Of a stretch of DNA of 64,000 nucleotides, positions 25,576 to 46,885 are shown in pieces (position 1 is the first letter of the stretch; every line of letters begins with the position of its first letter). Position numbers and translations under genes: made by a program. This DNA is from Trichoplax sp. H2 (Eukaryota). Under the pieces are notes generated by a model. It did not search any database. It had not been told where the DNA came from and was given only the letters and a program-made list of their open reading frames with translations. The stretch is taken from positions 1-64,000 of the forward strand of contig NOWV01000108.1 of the NCBI GenBank assembly GCA_003344405.1, written 5' to 3'.

Positions 25576-26902
25576 CTTTCAATCAGAGAAAATTGCTGCA
25601 AATACAGAAGTTGCAAAGGAAACTTCTAGCTATAAACTTCTACCCATCGAGGGATTCACAATCTTCTACCACTGGAGACCGACTTGGATATCAATTATAC
25701 CGCAAACCCATCTTCAAGTCGCCCTGGGCAGAGTGTCGCGAAGAATTCTTAAAATATATCTACTCATACACCAAGTAGGAATATCCAACCGCAGCGTAAT
25801 GTCATGTCTGATTATAGAATTATTATAATTATAGTACACAAGTTCTAAGTTCTAATCATTATAGATTACAAATTACCAACATATTGTGTTATCAAAATGC
25901 TTGTCTGTGTCGTTTCCAGCAATTGAGTAAACTTCAATATCTGTATAGCACGACACTGCTAGGTTACAAAATAATCCATTACTATTCCAGCTAGAATCTT
26001 AGAAAAAGAAAGTCTAAAGACCTTTTCGCCATTGTTTCCACACGATCATTCAATTACTCTGCTAATGTATATATACTGTACAGTTCAACCTTCAATAAAG
26101 TCAATAAACTAGTAGCAAAGTGCGAGCTGCATTTTATGAAAAGTATGACTAGTCAACCTCAGCATCCATCACATGAATCATTGCAACTTCGCTAACTGCA
26201 AAAGAACAACTACTCCACACTAATGGACTCTCAGCCAAAATAACCCAAAATGTTAAAATACTCTCCAAAGTATTGGTGCAATAATTTCTCTGTGGATCAC
26301 TATTACCCGTCTCAATCAGATGGCTGCCAGGTTGATTTTGTACAGTATAGTATAAGCTTGAAGTGGTAGAATACTGTAGAGTAAAATGACCTGAAAAATC
26401 AACAGCTAGCCCATTTTGGTCCACTCAACAACTACAGTACTTCATGTCCTCGCCCTTCTCTCTTATTAACTGCAAAAGAACAACAATAGCATATGGAATC
26501 AGCCAAAGTAATCNNNNNNNNNNNNNNNNNNNNTTCAATATTTTCATATATCCTCGAAACTGGATAATAAAGCTTACAAATTGGGGACTTGTTTCTATCG
26601 ATACCGAATAAGAAGTGCTCTATTTTGAGGTATTAACAGCTTTTAGGCTAGCATTTTCAATGTTCAATTTTCCTTTATTGCACTTTCATCGGCCACTACT
26701 GTACACTATACTGTACTGTCCACACTGAGAATACCCAACAGTCCTCCTGATGAAGATACCCTACAATATAATATATATACAGTATACTACTGTACGTACT
26801 ACTGGCATAACATCGCCTGTCCTGTAAACTACTGCTTGTTACCTTGTAGCTTACGCGCCATAGAAGGTGGGAAATCCTAGATATCGTACAATACTATTTA
26901 CG

Positions 26903-27150
26903 GCTTATCTACACCTTATCTACTGTACTACATTAAGATCGAAAGCTTATCTACACCTTATCTACTGTACTACATTAAGATCGAAAGCTTATCTACACCT
27001 TATCTACTGTACTACATTAAGATCGAAAGCTTATCTACACCTTATCTACTGTACTACATTAAGATCGAAAGCTTATCTACACCTTATCTACTGTACTACA
27101 TTAAGATCGAATGCTTATCTATACCTTATCTACTGTACTAGATTAAGATC
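26903..27150. repeat. 42-bp minisatellite (copy 2, about 6 units)
   Basis: Unit cttatctacaccttatctactgtactacattaagatcgaaag. Confidence 0.95.
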
Positions 27151-28585
27151 TTTCAATCAGAGAAAATTGCTGCAAATACAGAAGTTGCAAAGGAAACTTC
27201 TAGCTATAAACTTCTACCCATCGAGGGATTCACAATCTTCTACCACTGGAGACCGACTTGGATATCAATTATACCGCAAACCCATCTTCAAGTCGCCCTG
27301 GGCAGAGTGTCGCGAAGAATTCTTAAAATATATCTACTCATACACCAAGTAGGAATATCCAACCGCAGCGTAATGTCACGTCTGATTATAGAATTATAAT
27401 TATAGTACACAAGTTCGAAGTTCTAATCATTATAGATTACAAATTACCAACATATTATGTTATCAAAATGCTTGTCTGTTTCGTTTCCAGCAACTGAGTA
27501 AACTGCAATATCTGTATAGCACGACACTGCTAGGTTACAAAACAATCCATTACTATTCCAGCTAGATTCTTAGAAAAGGAAAGTCTAAAGACCTTTTCGC
27601 CATTGCTTCCACACGATCATTCAATTACTCTGCTAATGTATATATACTGTACAGTTCAACCTTCAATAAAGTCAATAAACTAGTAGCAAAGTGCGAGCTG
27701 CATTTTATGAAAAGTATGACTAGTCAACCTCAGCATCCATCACATGAATCATTGCAACTTCGCTAACTGCAAAAGAACAACTACTCCACACTAATTGACT
27801 CTCAGCCAAAATAACCCAAAATGTTAAAATACTCTCCAAAGTATTGGTGCAATAATTTCTCTGTGGATCACTATTACCCGTCTCAATCAGATGGCTGCCA
27901 GGTTGATTTTGTACAGTACAGTATAGTATAAGCTTGAAGTGGTAGAATACAGTAGAGTAAAATGACCTGAAAAATCAACAGCTAACCCATTTTGGTCCAC
28001 TCAACAACTACAGTACTTCATGTCCTCGCCCTTCTCTCTTATTAACTGCAAAAGAACAACAATAGCATATGGAATCAGCCAAAGTAATCAACCCAAAATG
28101 CTGAACTACTCTCCAAAGCACTCGTACAACCATTTCACAGTACAGTATGACAAAATGGCCATCGGATAGTTTTAGCGAATCCAAGCTATTATCGTCCCAA
28201 TGAGCTGGTTGCTAGGTTTCATATGGAAATGCCAATACATTACTAAGAATCCTAGCAATGACTGTAATTCTGCCAACTGCACTTCCATTCCATGAAAATA
28301 ACCAATCCAAAATGGTCAAATGCTCTCCAAAATACTGATGCACTAGTTTGTCAGTGCGATAAGATAGCCACCTGATAGCAATCACTATGATTGGTAAATA
28401 CTGCCAGCCAAGTTATGATTGATCGAAATGTATTTATTTGTCTATGTCAGATGCGTACCTCCTGCTAGTTATTTTTAGACATAGATAGACAAGAAGAAGG
28501 ATGAAAAAATGCAAATATCTCTAAATTAATACCCTGTAAACATTGACGACGCCATTGACTTTTCTCGTTTGGATATTGTTGCAAG

Positions 28586-36311
<7,726 letters not shown>

Positions 36312-38164
36312 TTCATAAGGGTTGCACCATGAGACGCCATTTTTTTTTTGTCCTATTCCCTGCAACAAAATAAAGAACGTCGACATAATAATTATTGGTC
36401 AACCTTGGGTCATTCGTAAATGTTGTTTTAATTAAAATGAAATAGGCCATCGAAGTAGTTTAGTTAATACCTCACAATTCGCTGCCGTATATGCCTGCAT
36501 TTATAGTAACACCAATATTGCACTCGACGGATAGGAATATTTCTTGGATACTCCAAACAATCGTCCTCTATTTTATTTTGTGGCATTCACATAGCTCAGT
36601 AAAATATAAATTGTATCAGCGAATATGACAATATAATAGGATATACGATTTGATGGCTTGTTTTGATTTTAATAGTATTTTTGTTACGATATGGCGATGA
36701 GGTTTTAAATCATTTCTTGTGGGTAATGATATATAATGATAAGATAATTCATGAAACGTTTTACCCTTTGATTGTGTGCTCTTAACTTAATGCTTCAAGT
36801 TTGATTATGTTACGCTTTTTCACTGTTTGTTATTAGCAGTTCCATTATCGTATGAAACTTATGATTCACGTTAATTTTCCAATAAAGAAGACCACGACAT
36901 TAATTCATTAATATACGCGTATACAGTCTATCCTATTGAGTGATATTTTTCTATCCTTAGCAAGAGAATATTCCAATCACCCCCAAGTGAATTCGCTTAT
37001 GTTATACCCTAGCTGTTAGAATAAGACATGTTTGAAAACTATTTGCATAGTAGAAATTTTGGCTATTCAATACATCTATCAAGAGCCATTGCCACTATTA
37101 GCATAGTAGTGCAATTATTGATAGGAAACCTTGCTGCAATTTTCGTCAACGTACTTCGCAATCATTCCATCGTCCATTACTATTTGATCACCTAATCACT
37201 ACTCATATTATATTTGATGCATTTCCTATCGCAGTTACTACTGCATGTATTAGCTGACTTACGAAGTTGATTGCCTTTATGATATACTTGAATTACTTAC
37301 GCAGTATTTTGAAAATTTTAAACACTTAATACTAGACCAATCTCTAGAAAGTGTATTTCAAGTTCTTAAATAAATAGTAGACTACGTTCAACATCTTGAT
37401 TTGAACGATTTTAATGTATCATCAGTTGTGAAATGTCCTTAGTATAGTCATGGCAAAGGCCTCGTCTATGCCAGCATGAAGCCTATAAAATCGCAATACA
37501 AAATATAAAAGCGTAGAATACGATGGTAGCCATCTATGCCAGGGAGACAAATCAGCCTTATTCGAGGTGTTCAGGGCAATAGGCTTTGAAGAAGTTTTTC
37601 GTAAAGAATATTCGCTTTCATCAAGCTAATTTTGTTTTCGCGATATTCCAGAAGTACTGGGCCAGCTACAGCTACTGCTTACTTAGTGCTTCGGCAATCA
37701 CAGCTATCATCACGAAGCGAATGGATACTACTTCATCCCTAGAGAAATGCTTGCAAGTTATATTGGAATTAGGAAATTCTATTTTCCATTTTGAATACAT
37801 CATACTCAATCAGTCTCTCTAAAATTAAGTTGCTAAATAAAATTAAATGATGTTCAACATATTGATTTGAATGCGTCAACAGTAGCCAAATTGCCTTAGT
37901 ATAGTGTAGCAAACCCTTGATGGATGCTCGTATTAAACGTACACAATCGCCATAGCAAATAAAAAGTGTAGAGTACATCGGTACGGTAGCCATTTTTGCA
38001 ACGGAAACCAGCCTATATAGCTGGACAGATTGCTGGTTTATTGGCAGTTGGTCTATTACTCTACATGAACGCACCTATTTATGACGTAGCTAGAAAGGAT
38101 TTATTGATTTATTTCTTTTATTGAACGTTAAGAATTACACGAAATCCTTTGACGAAAAACAAAC

Positions 38165-40755
38165 ATGGCTACTCAATCCATTACTTTAAATACTGGTGCA
38201 GAAATGCCCGTACTAGGATTAGGTACTTGGCAAAGCCCGCCTGGAAAAGTTGGAAACGCTGTCAAGACTGCATTAGAAAATGGCTACAAGCATATTGATT
38301 GTGCTTATATTTATCAAAACGAGAAAGAAATTGGCCCTGTTTTGGATGATACTATTGGAACAATCATCCAACGTCAAGATCTTTTTGTCACGTCGAAATT
38401 AGCGATTAACATGATGCAACCGAAACATGTTAAAGAGTGTCTTGAAGTGACTTTGAAAGATCTCCACTTGGAGTACTTGGATTTATATCTGGTCCATTGG
38501 CCGCATGCTGTTGCTTACCAAGGACCTCTTGTTTTTTATCCTAAAGATGAGCAAGGCAATGTCATCTTTGATAATATCGATTACAAAGATACGTGGCGTG
38601 TTATGGAGGAATTAGTAGATGAAGGACTGGTGAAGGCTATTGGTGTTTCCAATTTTAACACTATCCAAGTAGATGATGTTCTACAAAATTGTAGTATTAA
38701 ACCAGCAGTCAGTCAATTTGAAATCCATCCTTATATGACATGTAATCGATGGGTTAATCATTGCCATCGAAATGGCATTGCTGTCACAGCCTATTCCCCG
38801 CTTGCATCTCCTGATCGGCCAGGAGCTGCAGCTTCAGATTGCCCAATCTTATTAGATAATCCAGCCTTAGCATCTATTGCAAAGAAATATGGCAAGACCC
38901 CTGCTCAAGTTTGTATTCGATTTGCAATCGATCGTGGCTTGATTGTTATCCCAAAGAGCGTAACTCCATCTCGAATTATTGCAAACAGTCAGGTAGGAGA
39001 GGCCTGTTGTCGTTTTTCTTATGTAAAAAGGGTAAAATACTCTTGATCATTATACTTTTACATTTGAGCAATCATTCTGTCGAAGAAGATCTTAACGATC
39101 GTCAGTCATTACTTATTAAGAAAGCATGACGTTAACTGTAGAATTCGATCAAACTGAATTGCAATACCATCTAGAAATGAACAAATTTAACCAGTGAGCA
39201 AAGCTGAGAAAAACACAACTGGCTCAACTTCAGGATGATGTAGAAATCCAAGCAGGCTTCTACAAATCCTGACCTTAAGCAGATTTGTTGTTAGATCACT
39301 ATTTGCCAAGATGAAAGTCCAATTTCCTTTCTAGTAGAATTACTTCATCACCATCATTCCCGAGTTAAGCCATGAACGACTCCATAATAGCGGCATTAGT
39401 GAGTAGCCTAGGGTTAAGCCAATGACGGATAAGTTGTACAGTATAATGATTTTCCTTTCGTTAGATTTACTCTATAGTTGCACCATTAGTAATACGTATA
39501 CTGTACGTTGTATGATGATTTTATTTTATTGGATTGGTTTAATAGTTGTGTAAAGACTTGATTAAGCCTGCATTGGATACAATTTACCTTGTTGGATATG
39601 CCTTGTAAATATACACAAAGAAGTTAAAGCAGTCTACGATTGATAACTATTTCGTGATAACCTTTCCTTGATATTGTAAAGACTCAAGTAATTGCATAAA
39701 GACTTTACAATAAGGACTATTCTAATATTGGATTTCCTTAATGTTTGCATAAAGACTTTACAATACTTTAAGCTCGTGATCGATACTATTTACTTGATGA
39801 GGATTATCTTAATACTGGATCTCCTTTTTAATTGCATGAAGAAGTTAAAATAGCCTACGTTTGATAAATAACCACCTCATAATAATAACTTTACTTCATC
39901 AGAGTTGCTTAAAAATCGCGTTAAAATCTTGAATAAGACTACGATTGATAATCGCCTCATGACGACGCTGTTGTATTGCCTTTAGCTTAGCAATTGCACG
40001 AAAACTTTAATAGCCGACGTTTGATAATACCTCATGTTGACTTTAAATTTATCGCTTTTACTCAATAATTGTTTAAAGACTTTTGAAATGATGACTATAT
40101 TTGATTAGAATAGCTCAATAATTCCATATGGACTTTCAATAATAAGGCTACTATGGATACTATTTACCATATTCTGATTCTGCTTTAATGTATTTGCCTA
40201 GGTCTTCGATTTTAAACTATCTGATGAAGAAATAAAATCCATTTCTGCACTAAATAAAAATCTAAGATACACCCTTATACCTAAATTTGTAAGTATCGCC
40301 TTATACAGTATACAAGTAAGAATCGATACTGGATAGAAAGTTCTCAATTAGATACAAACTAGATATCTATCCGGTATGCTGCTCTATATCGAGCTTACTA
40401 GTTATATTAAATTAAGTAGCGATAGTCTATTTGCTTAGGCGTTGAAATATTCTACGGACGAATTCAAAATTCCAAGAAATATCTTCCATATCGTTCAGCG
40501 TTGTAAAAATAACTAAGGGATAGCTCAATATTTCGCTCTTCTGCTACACTATTGGACTTTAATGAAGCTATGCAATATCCAGATCATAAAATACCATAAT
40601 TATCCAACCAGTTATTACTCCACGTTACTAGTCAAGAGTTTGAAGGTATAACAATTTTTGATGTCTTATGTCTACTTTATTAGGTCGATGGAAAGGAGTT
40701 GCCATTGTATGGTGATCATCCGCATTACTCTTTTGATGATCCCAATTATGAATAA
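38165..40755 (+). CDS. Aldo-keto reductase family 1 (AKR1A/AKR1B-like), copy 1; exons 38165-38992, 40202-40288 and 40684-40755; 328 aa
   Basis: LGLGTWQSPPG, IDCAYIYQNE, VTSK, LYLVHWP, KAIGVSNF and IPKSVTPSRI. Spliced exons encode VFDFKLSDEE... and ...GDHPHYSFDDPNYE*. Confidence 0.95.
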
Positions 40756-41047
40756 TACAAGAATTGTAAGCCTTTCATTTATGTTGTACAATAAATTCAT
40801 GAACAACTTACCGGAATACCTAATCTTATTTATAGGAAATATCGTATTAATGGAAATAATTTGTTTTCTTATTATTTAGATTGATTGCATTATACTGATT
40901 TCAACGTTATACGGAAGCTGATATTTTATCATTAAAGTTTTGCACTCAAACATTACAGCATATGCAATTCAGTTTTCGGCAGATTGATGTTTGTAGAAAA
41001 ATGGAAAAGGTAACATTGTAAGCACAGCAATACTTACTTGACAATGT

Positions 41048-41217
41048 ATCCACTTTTATATTTTACACTATTCGATCACTATTTTTAAAATAAATCACCA
41101 TATCGTATTAGATTATACGTGTAGAACGTGTATCAATCCACTTTTATATTTTACACTATTCGATCATTATTTATTTAAAATAAATCACCACATCGTATTA
41201 GATTACAGGTGTAGAAG
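41048..41217. repeat. Tandem duplication of about 87 bp downstream of AKR copy 1 (single copy at the paralogous site, about 45285-45350)
   Basis: 'atccacttttatattttacactattcgatca...tcgtattagatta..gtgtagaa' occurs twice. Confidence 0.85.
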
Positions 41218-42784
41218 TTGTTATATTGTTTTACTAAACTATCAATTATACTATCTTATTATTTTCCCTACCTTTGCTTTTCATTATATACGCGTATCAT
41301 TACAATGATGAATACTGATGTTAATTCTTCCTAAATCATATATAATACAGCAAGGCATTTTATTGATAGGCTCCGATCAGATATTAACAACCTTTTATAA
41401 CTTGATGAATAGGTAGTTATTTATAATATAGTAGACTTTTGAAATTATATCGTAAGTTCCGAAAAAAGGTAACTTTATCTTAAGTATATATACGCACTTC
41501 AATCACTTTCAATCTCTATTCATAGCAAGCCCACAATCTCATATCTTGTCATGAGCTCCAGCAAAATGGAATAGCCTTATGTAAGGCTCCATTGCACCCT
41601 TGAAGTATTTCTTAATCAATAATCATTACAAGCTAAGCATTTTGTAACCTTTCACGAGCTCTATTAGAATAGAATAAAGTTATCCTGAATACTTCCTTGA
41701 ATCATTTCCTAATTATAATATATATATTGGTATATATTGTGAGGTCGATTCTATATATTGTTATCCGAGCTCTAATGGAACGTAATAACTCTATTTTGAA
41801 CACATCCTTAATTATGAATTAAACAATTTCCCTAAAATGAATAAGGAAATATGGGTTGTATTTCGGAAAGGTGCAAAGTTAGTCTAATAAGATGGATGCA
41901 CAACATTTAGCCTTTTACTCGTGCTATCAGTCTACTAATTAGTACTGAAGTGTAAGTATTATATAGTAGTAAACGAACTTATAACTGTAATGAGGTTTTA
42001 GTTGGATCAGCAAAGCCAGTATGTGTAATTGCTTGCAGATATGAACTGGAAAATGCAATAGTAGCAACTTGTAAGAGAATATTCAATAAACTCTAGGCTA
42101 TTCTGTTTATACCATACCTCAGCTTTTATAATAAGACATAATTGAGCTGAAGGACTATTTGCATAGTAGAAATTTTGGTTACGGTATATCAAGAGCCATT
42201 CCAATTATCAGCCTAGTACTGCAATTACAGAAAGCCTTCCGATAATTCTAGCTAATGATGCCATGGACAACTTCATTTCTATCACACAGAATAAGATGGA
42301 AATTTGATAGCCATGCTTTGGGTCATTTTTTTTGATGTCATAGAATATCAAGAAGCAGCTTACAATAATTCCAACTATCAGCATAGTATTATCATTATAC
42401 AAAACCTTGTGATAATTCTAGCTTAATGGATGCTATAGACTCCATTCCTATCAAATAGAATGGGATAGAAATGGGGAAGCCATACCTTCAGTATACAGGA
42501 GTGTGGGCCATTTATGGTATATATACAGGCGGACAGACTTGCTGGAAAGGCTAACAGTACTGTACGTAGAATATTTACTAATCGTATACGGTATACTATC
42601 ATTTATAACGTGAATGAGGTTGTATACTACATTGACGATCAATCACCTCCAACTCGTGCATCGTCATCGTCCGAGGTTAGTGGTTCCCTTCCTCTCTTGC
42701 TCGCCTAGAGTGCGTCGTTTCCAGCTGGAAAAGAGCTTATTTTCAAGTCAAAAACTGAGCTAAACCCTTTCACAAAGAACAAAC

Positions 42785-44991
42785 ATGGCTACTCAATCTA
42801 TTACTTTGAATACTGGTGCAGAAATGCCCGTACTAGGATTAGGTACTTGGCAAAGCCCGCCTGGAAAAGTTGGAAACGCTGTCAAGACTGCATTAGAAAA
42901 TGGCTATAAGCATATCGATTGCGCCTATGTTTACCAAAACGAGAAAGAGATCGGCTCCGTTTTCGATGATAGTATTGGAACAGTCATCCAACGTCAAGAT
43001 CTCTTTGTTACGTCCAAATTATGGATTCACATGATGGAACCGAAATATGTTAAAGAGTCCCTTGAAATAACCTTGAAAAATCTCCGCCTGGATTACTTGG
43101 ATTTATTTCTGATCCATTGGCCGCATGCTGTTGCTTACCAAGGAAACGATGTTTTATTTCCTACTGATGAGCAAGGCAATGTCATCTTTGCTAACGTGGA
43201 TTACAAAGATACTTGGCGTGCTATGGAGGAATTAGTAGATGAAGGATTGCTTAAGGCTATTGGTGTTTCCAATTTTAGCTCTGTCCAAGTGGATGATATC
43301 ATACAGAATTGTAGTATTAAACCAGCAGTCAGTCAATTTGAAGCTCATCCTTATATGACATGTAATCGATGGGTTAATCATTGCCAACGAAATGGCGTTA
43401 CTGTCACAGCCTATTCCCCGCTTGGATCTCCTGATCGGCCAGGAGCTGCAGCTTCAGGCTACCCAGTCTTATTAGATGATCCAGTCTTGGCATCCATTGC
43501 AAGCAAATATAGCAAGACCCCGGCTCAAGTTTGTATTCGATATGCAATCGATCGTGGCTTGACGGTTATCCCAAAGAGCGTAACTCCATCTCGAATTATT
43601 GCAAACAGTCAGGTAGGAGATTTTGTCGTCGTTTTTACCCGTGTAGAAAAGATAAAGTACTCTTCATCATCATCATACTGTAGATTTGAGCAAGTATTGT
43701 GCCGGAGGAGATCTTAACGATCATCGGTCATTGCTTATAAATAGAGTATAAGGTGTAGAATTCGATCAAGCTGAACTCCAATACCTTCTAGAAATGAACA
43801 AATTTGACCATTGAGCAAAGTTGAGAAAAACGCGACTGGCTCAACTTCAGGATGATGTAGAAATCCAAACTGGCTTCTACAAATCCTTGATGTTTCGCAC
43901 ATTTATTTCTTAGATCACAGATTACCACGACGAAAATCCAATTCCCTTTCTAATCTAGAATTATTTCATCATCATTGAGCTAAGCCATGGAAGACTCAAT
44001 AATACCAGTATTATTGAGTAGCCTATGGTTATGCCTTCAATTGATTATAATCACCTCATGATTTTTTTACATTTGCTCAATAATTGCAAGAAAATAGCTG
44101 ACAATTGATAATAATTAAAATTGCTTCATGATGACTTTAAATTCGTCACATTTACTCAATAATTGTCAAGACTTTAAAATGATGACTATATTTGATTAAA
44201 TTAGCTTAATAATTCCATACAGACTTTCAATAAAGCTACTATGGATACTATTTACTAAATGTATTTTTAATCTATTTGCCCAGGTCTTTGATTTTAAACT
44301 ATCTGATGAAGAAATGAAATCCATTTCTGGACTGAATAGAAATCTAAGACATGCCCTTATTCCCAAGTTTGTAAGTATCACCTTATATAGTATACGGATA
44401 AGAATCCATACTAGATAGAAAATTCTCGACTAGATGCAAACTAGATATCTATCCGATATGTTGTTTTATATCGAGCATGGAGTTTACTAGTTATATTCAA
44501 TTAAGCAGCGATCGTCTACTTCTTTACACGTTGAAATATACCACAGACGAATTTAAAAAATGATGTGCTCCAATGCTTCAATTCTTTGCCTATTAACTAT
44601 TCGTACTATATAAATTCATAAGAAGATTACGCATTCTCTTGCCTGTTTTTGTTGTACGCGTACTGGATATCTTGCTATTTATCCACTGACAATTGCTTTT
44701 CAAAATCTATTTTCAAGTAGTACCTTTCATATCATTTTGTGTTGTAAAAATAATTATGGGATTCTTCAATCTTTTGTCTTTCTAATACACTATTGGGCTT
44801 TAAGTTATACAATATCCAAATAATAGATTATCATAATCATCTAACCAATTATTACTATACATCAATAGTTAAGAGTTTAAAGGTATAACAATCTTGATGT
44901 CTTCTGCCTGCTATATTAGGTCGATGGAAAGAAGTTACCAATGTTTGGTGATCATCCCCATTACTCTTTTGATGATCCCAATTATGAATAA
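42785..44991 (+). CDS. Aldo-keto reductase family 1 (AKR1A/AKR1B-like), copy 2; exons 42785-43612, 44284-44370 and 44920-44991; 328 aa
   Basis: Same motifs and identical exon structure to copy 1. Introns and 3' flank also align, indicating a tandem duplication with ATG spacing of 4620 bp. Confidence 0.95.
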
Positions 44992-46885
44992 TACAAGAAT
45001 TTCAAGCCTCTAATTTCAGCGGTGCAATAAAGTAGTGAACAACTCCCGGAATACCTAATCTTATCTATAGGAAATATCGTACTAGTCGGAACAACTTATT
45101 TCGATGTTATTCAGATTGATTGTATTGATTACGTTATCTAAACTGGAGTTGATATACTGTGTAACCATCAAGGTTTTACAGTTAAGCATTATATGCAATT
45201 CGATATTTGTTAAATTGATGTTTGTAGCAGAATAGAAAAGGTAGCATTGTAAGCATAGCATTACTTTCTTGACAATCTATTAGCCTTTATATTTTACACT
45301 ATTTAATCACCATTTAAAATAAAGCACCGCATCGTATTAGATTATAGGTATAGATGGTGTTGTATTACTTTACTGAACTATTAATTAAACTAACTTATTA
45401 TTTTCCCTACCTTTGCTTTCCATTACGTATGCATATCATTGGAATAATGAATACTGATGTTAATCCCTCCCAAATCATAGGAAGACTTTTTATATTGGTG
45501 TCGTAACCTTATGCAACATGATCATTTGGCAGTCGTTTATAATACAGTAGGGCATTTTATTGATGAACTTTGATCAGATATTAACAACTTTTTATAACTT
45601 GATGAATAGGCAGTTATTTATAATATAGTAGACAATTAAAATCATATCGTGTCTTCCAACAGAACGTAACAACCAGAATTAGTAAAAACTTCATCTTAAG
45701 CATATACGTACTTTAATCACTCCCAATCTTTACTCATAGCAAGCCCACTATTTCTTATTTTGTCATGAGCTCCAACAAAAATGTAGTAGTCTTATTTAAG
45801 GCTCTATTACGCCTTTAATTAATTTTCAATCAATAATGTTATAATCAAAGCAAGCTAAGCATTTTATAACTTCACAAGCTCTAACAGATTACGTTTAATA
45901 GACTTATCCTGAACACGTCCTTTAATCATTTCCTAATTATAATATATATATATGTTATATATATTATTATAATAGCAAGATATTTTATCTCGGGTTACAA
46001 GCTCTAATGGAAATGTAATAACCTTGTTTTTAATACATTCTTAATCATGAATCAAACAATTTTCTCTTAATGAACAAAGAGATATGAGTTCTAATTTCGG
46101 AAAGGTGCAAAGTTAGTCTAACAAGATGGATGTATAACATTTCGCCTTTTACTTGAACTGTTAAATGTAGAAATACTGTTAAGACAGATTATTACACTAA
46201 TAAAAATCTGTCCTAACACTATTTCCTTCCAGATACGAACTAGAAACTGCAATAGTAGCAACTTGTGTCAATGTTAACTTGGCAGATACCGTAGTATAGA
46301 AATGCTATTCCCCATCCAACAGTGTGGGCAAAATCCAATTTAATCATATTGATTCGAAATAACTGTAGAATATCAAAAAACTGCATGTAATTCCTACAAC
46401 TGACTAAAAATAAATAATCAACCACTCTTGCTCCAATTGTAGGGTAAAAATATGGATTACCATAGTAATTCTTGCATGTGTATTGACGGCTAAGGAAAGG
46501 AATTAAAGGAGGTAGCCCTACTCAAAATGCATATTATGAATCTTAATTCAAGGATAAATAAATAATTTATTCATTTATAGTGTCCTATGCTATTGCTCTC
46601 TCTCTGCGATGACATCAGAGTTGATGCTGTCCTATTTGATTATTTTAATATAAATTAAATCCAGAAATGAAGGCTACGTCATCATCTGAATATAATTAAA
46701 TTACCATTTATGTACATTAGGTCTATTAAAATTAATTCCACCGACGATAGAATAAGAACTAGATGGTTTAGCAGGTCATGTTAAGGGTATAATGTGATCA
46801 TCATTACTCATAGACCAAGGAACGAGTAGAGAATTTTTTAGCACAGCTCAAAAAAAATTAGAGTGATTAAACTTGATGTAAAGGA

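Larger units (their letters stand above)
24750..28090. repeat. Near-identical tandem duplication (24750-26513 versus 26534-28090) separated by an N20 gap; probably uncollapsed haplotypes
   Basis: Both copies start 'ttcaatattttcatatatcctcgaaactgg' and end 'atggaatcagccaaagtaatc'. Gaps lie at 25297-25316 and 26514-26533. The copies differ by scattered SNPs and small indels. Confidence 0.9.

Noticed and set aside
25074..27352. ORFs with 14-aa repeats (AYLHLIYCTTLRSK; MLIYALSTVLHSDR) as a repeat protein or CRISPR array
   Set aside because: These are translations of a stop-free 42-bp minisatellite, open in more than one frame. There are no unique spacers and the context is eukaryotic.
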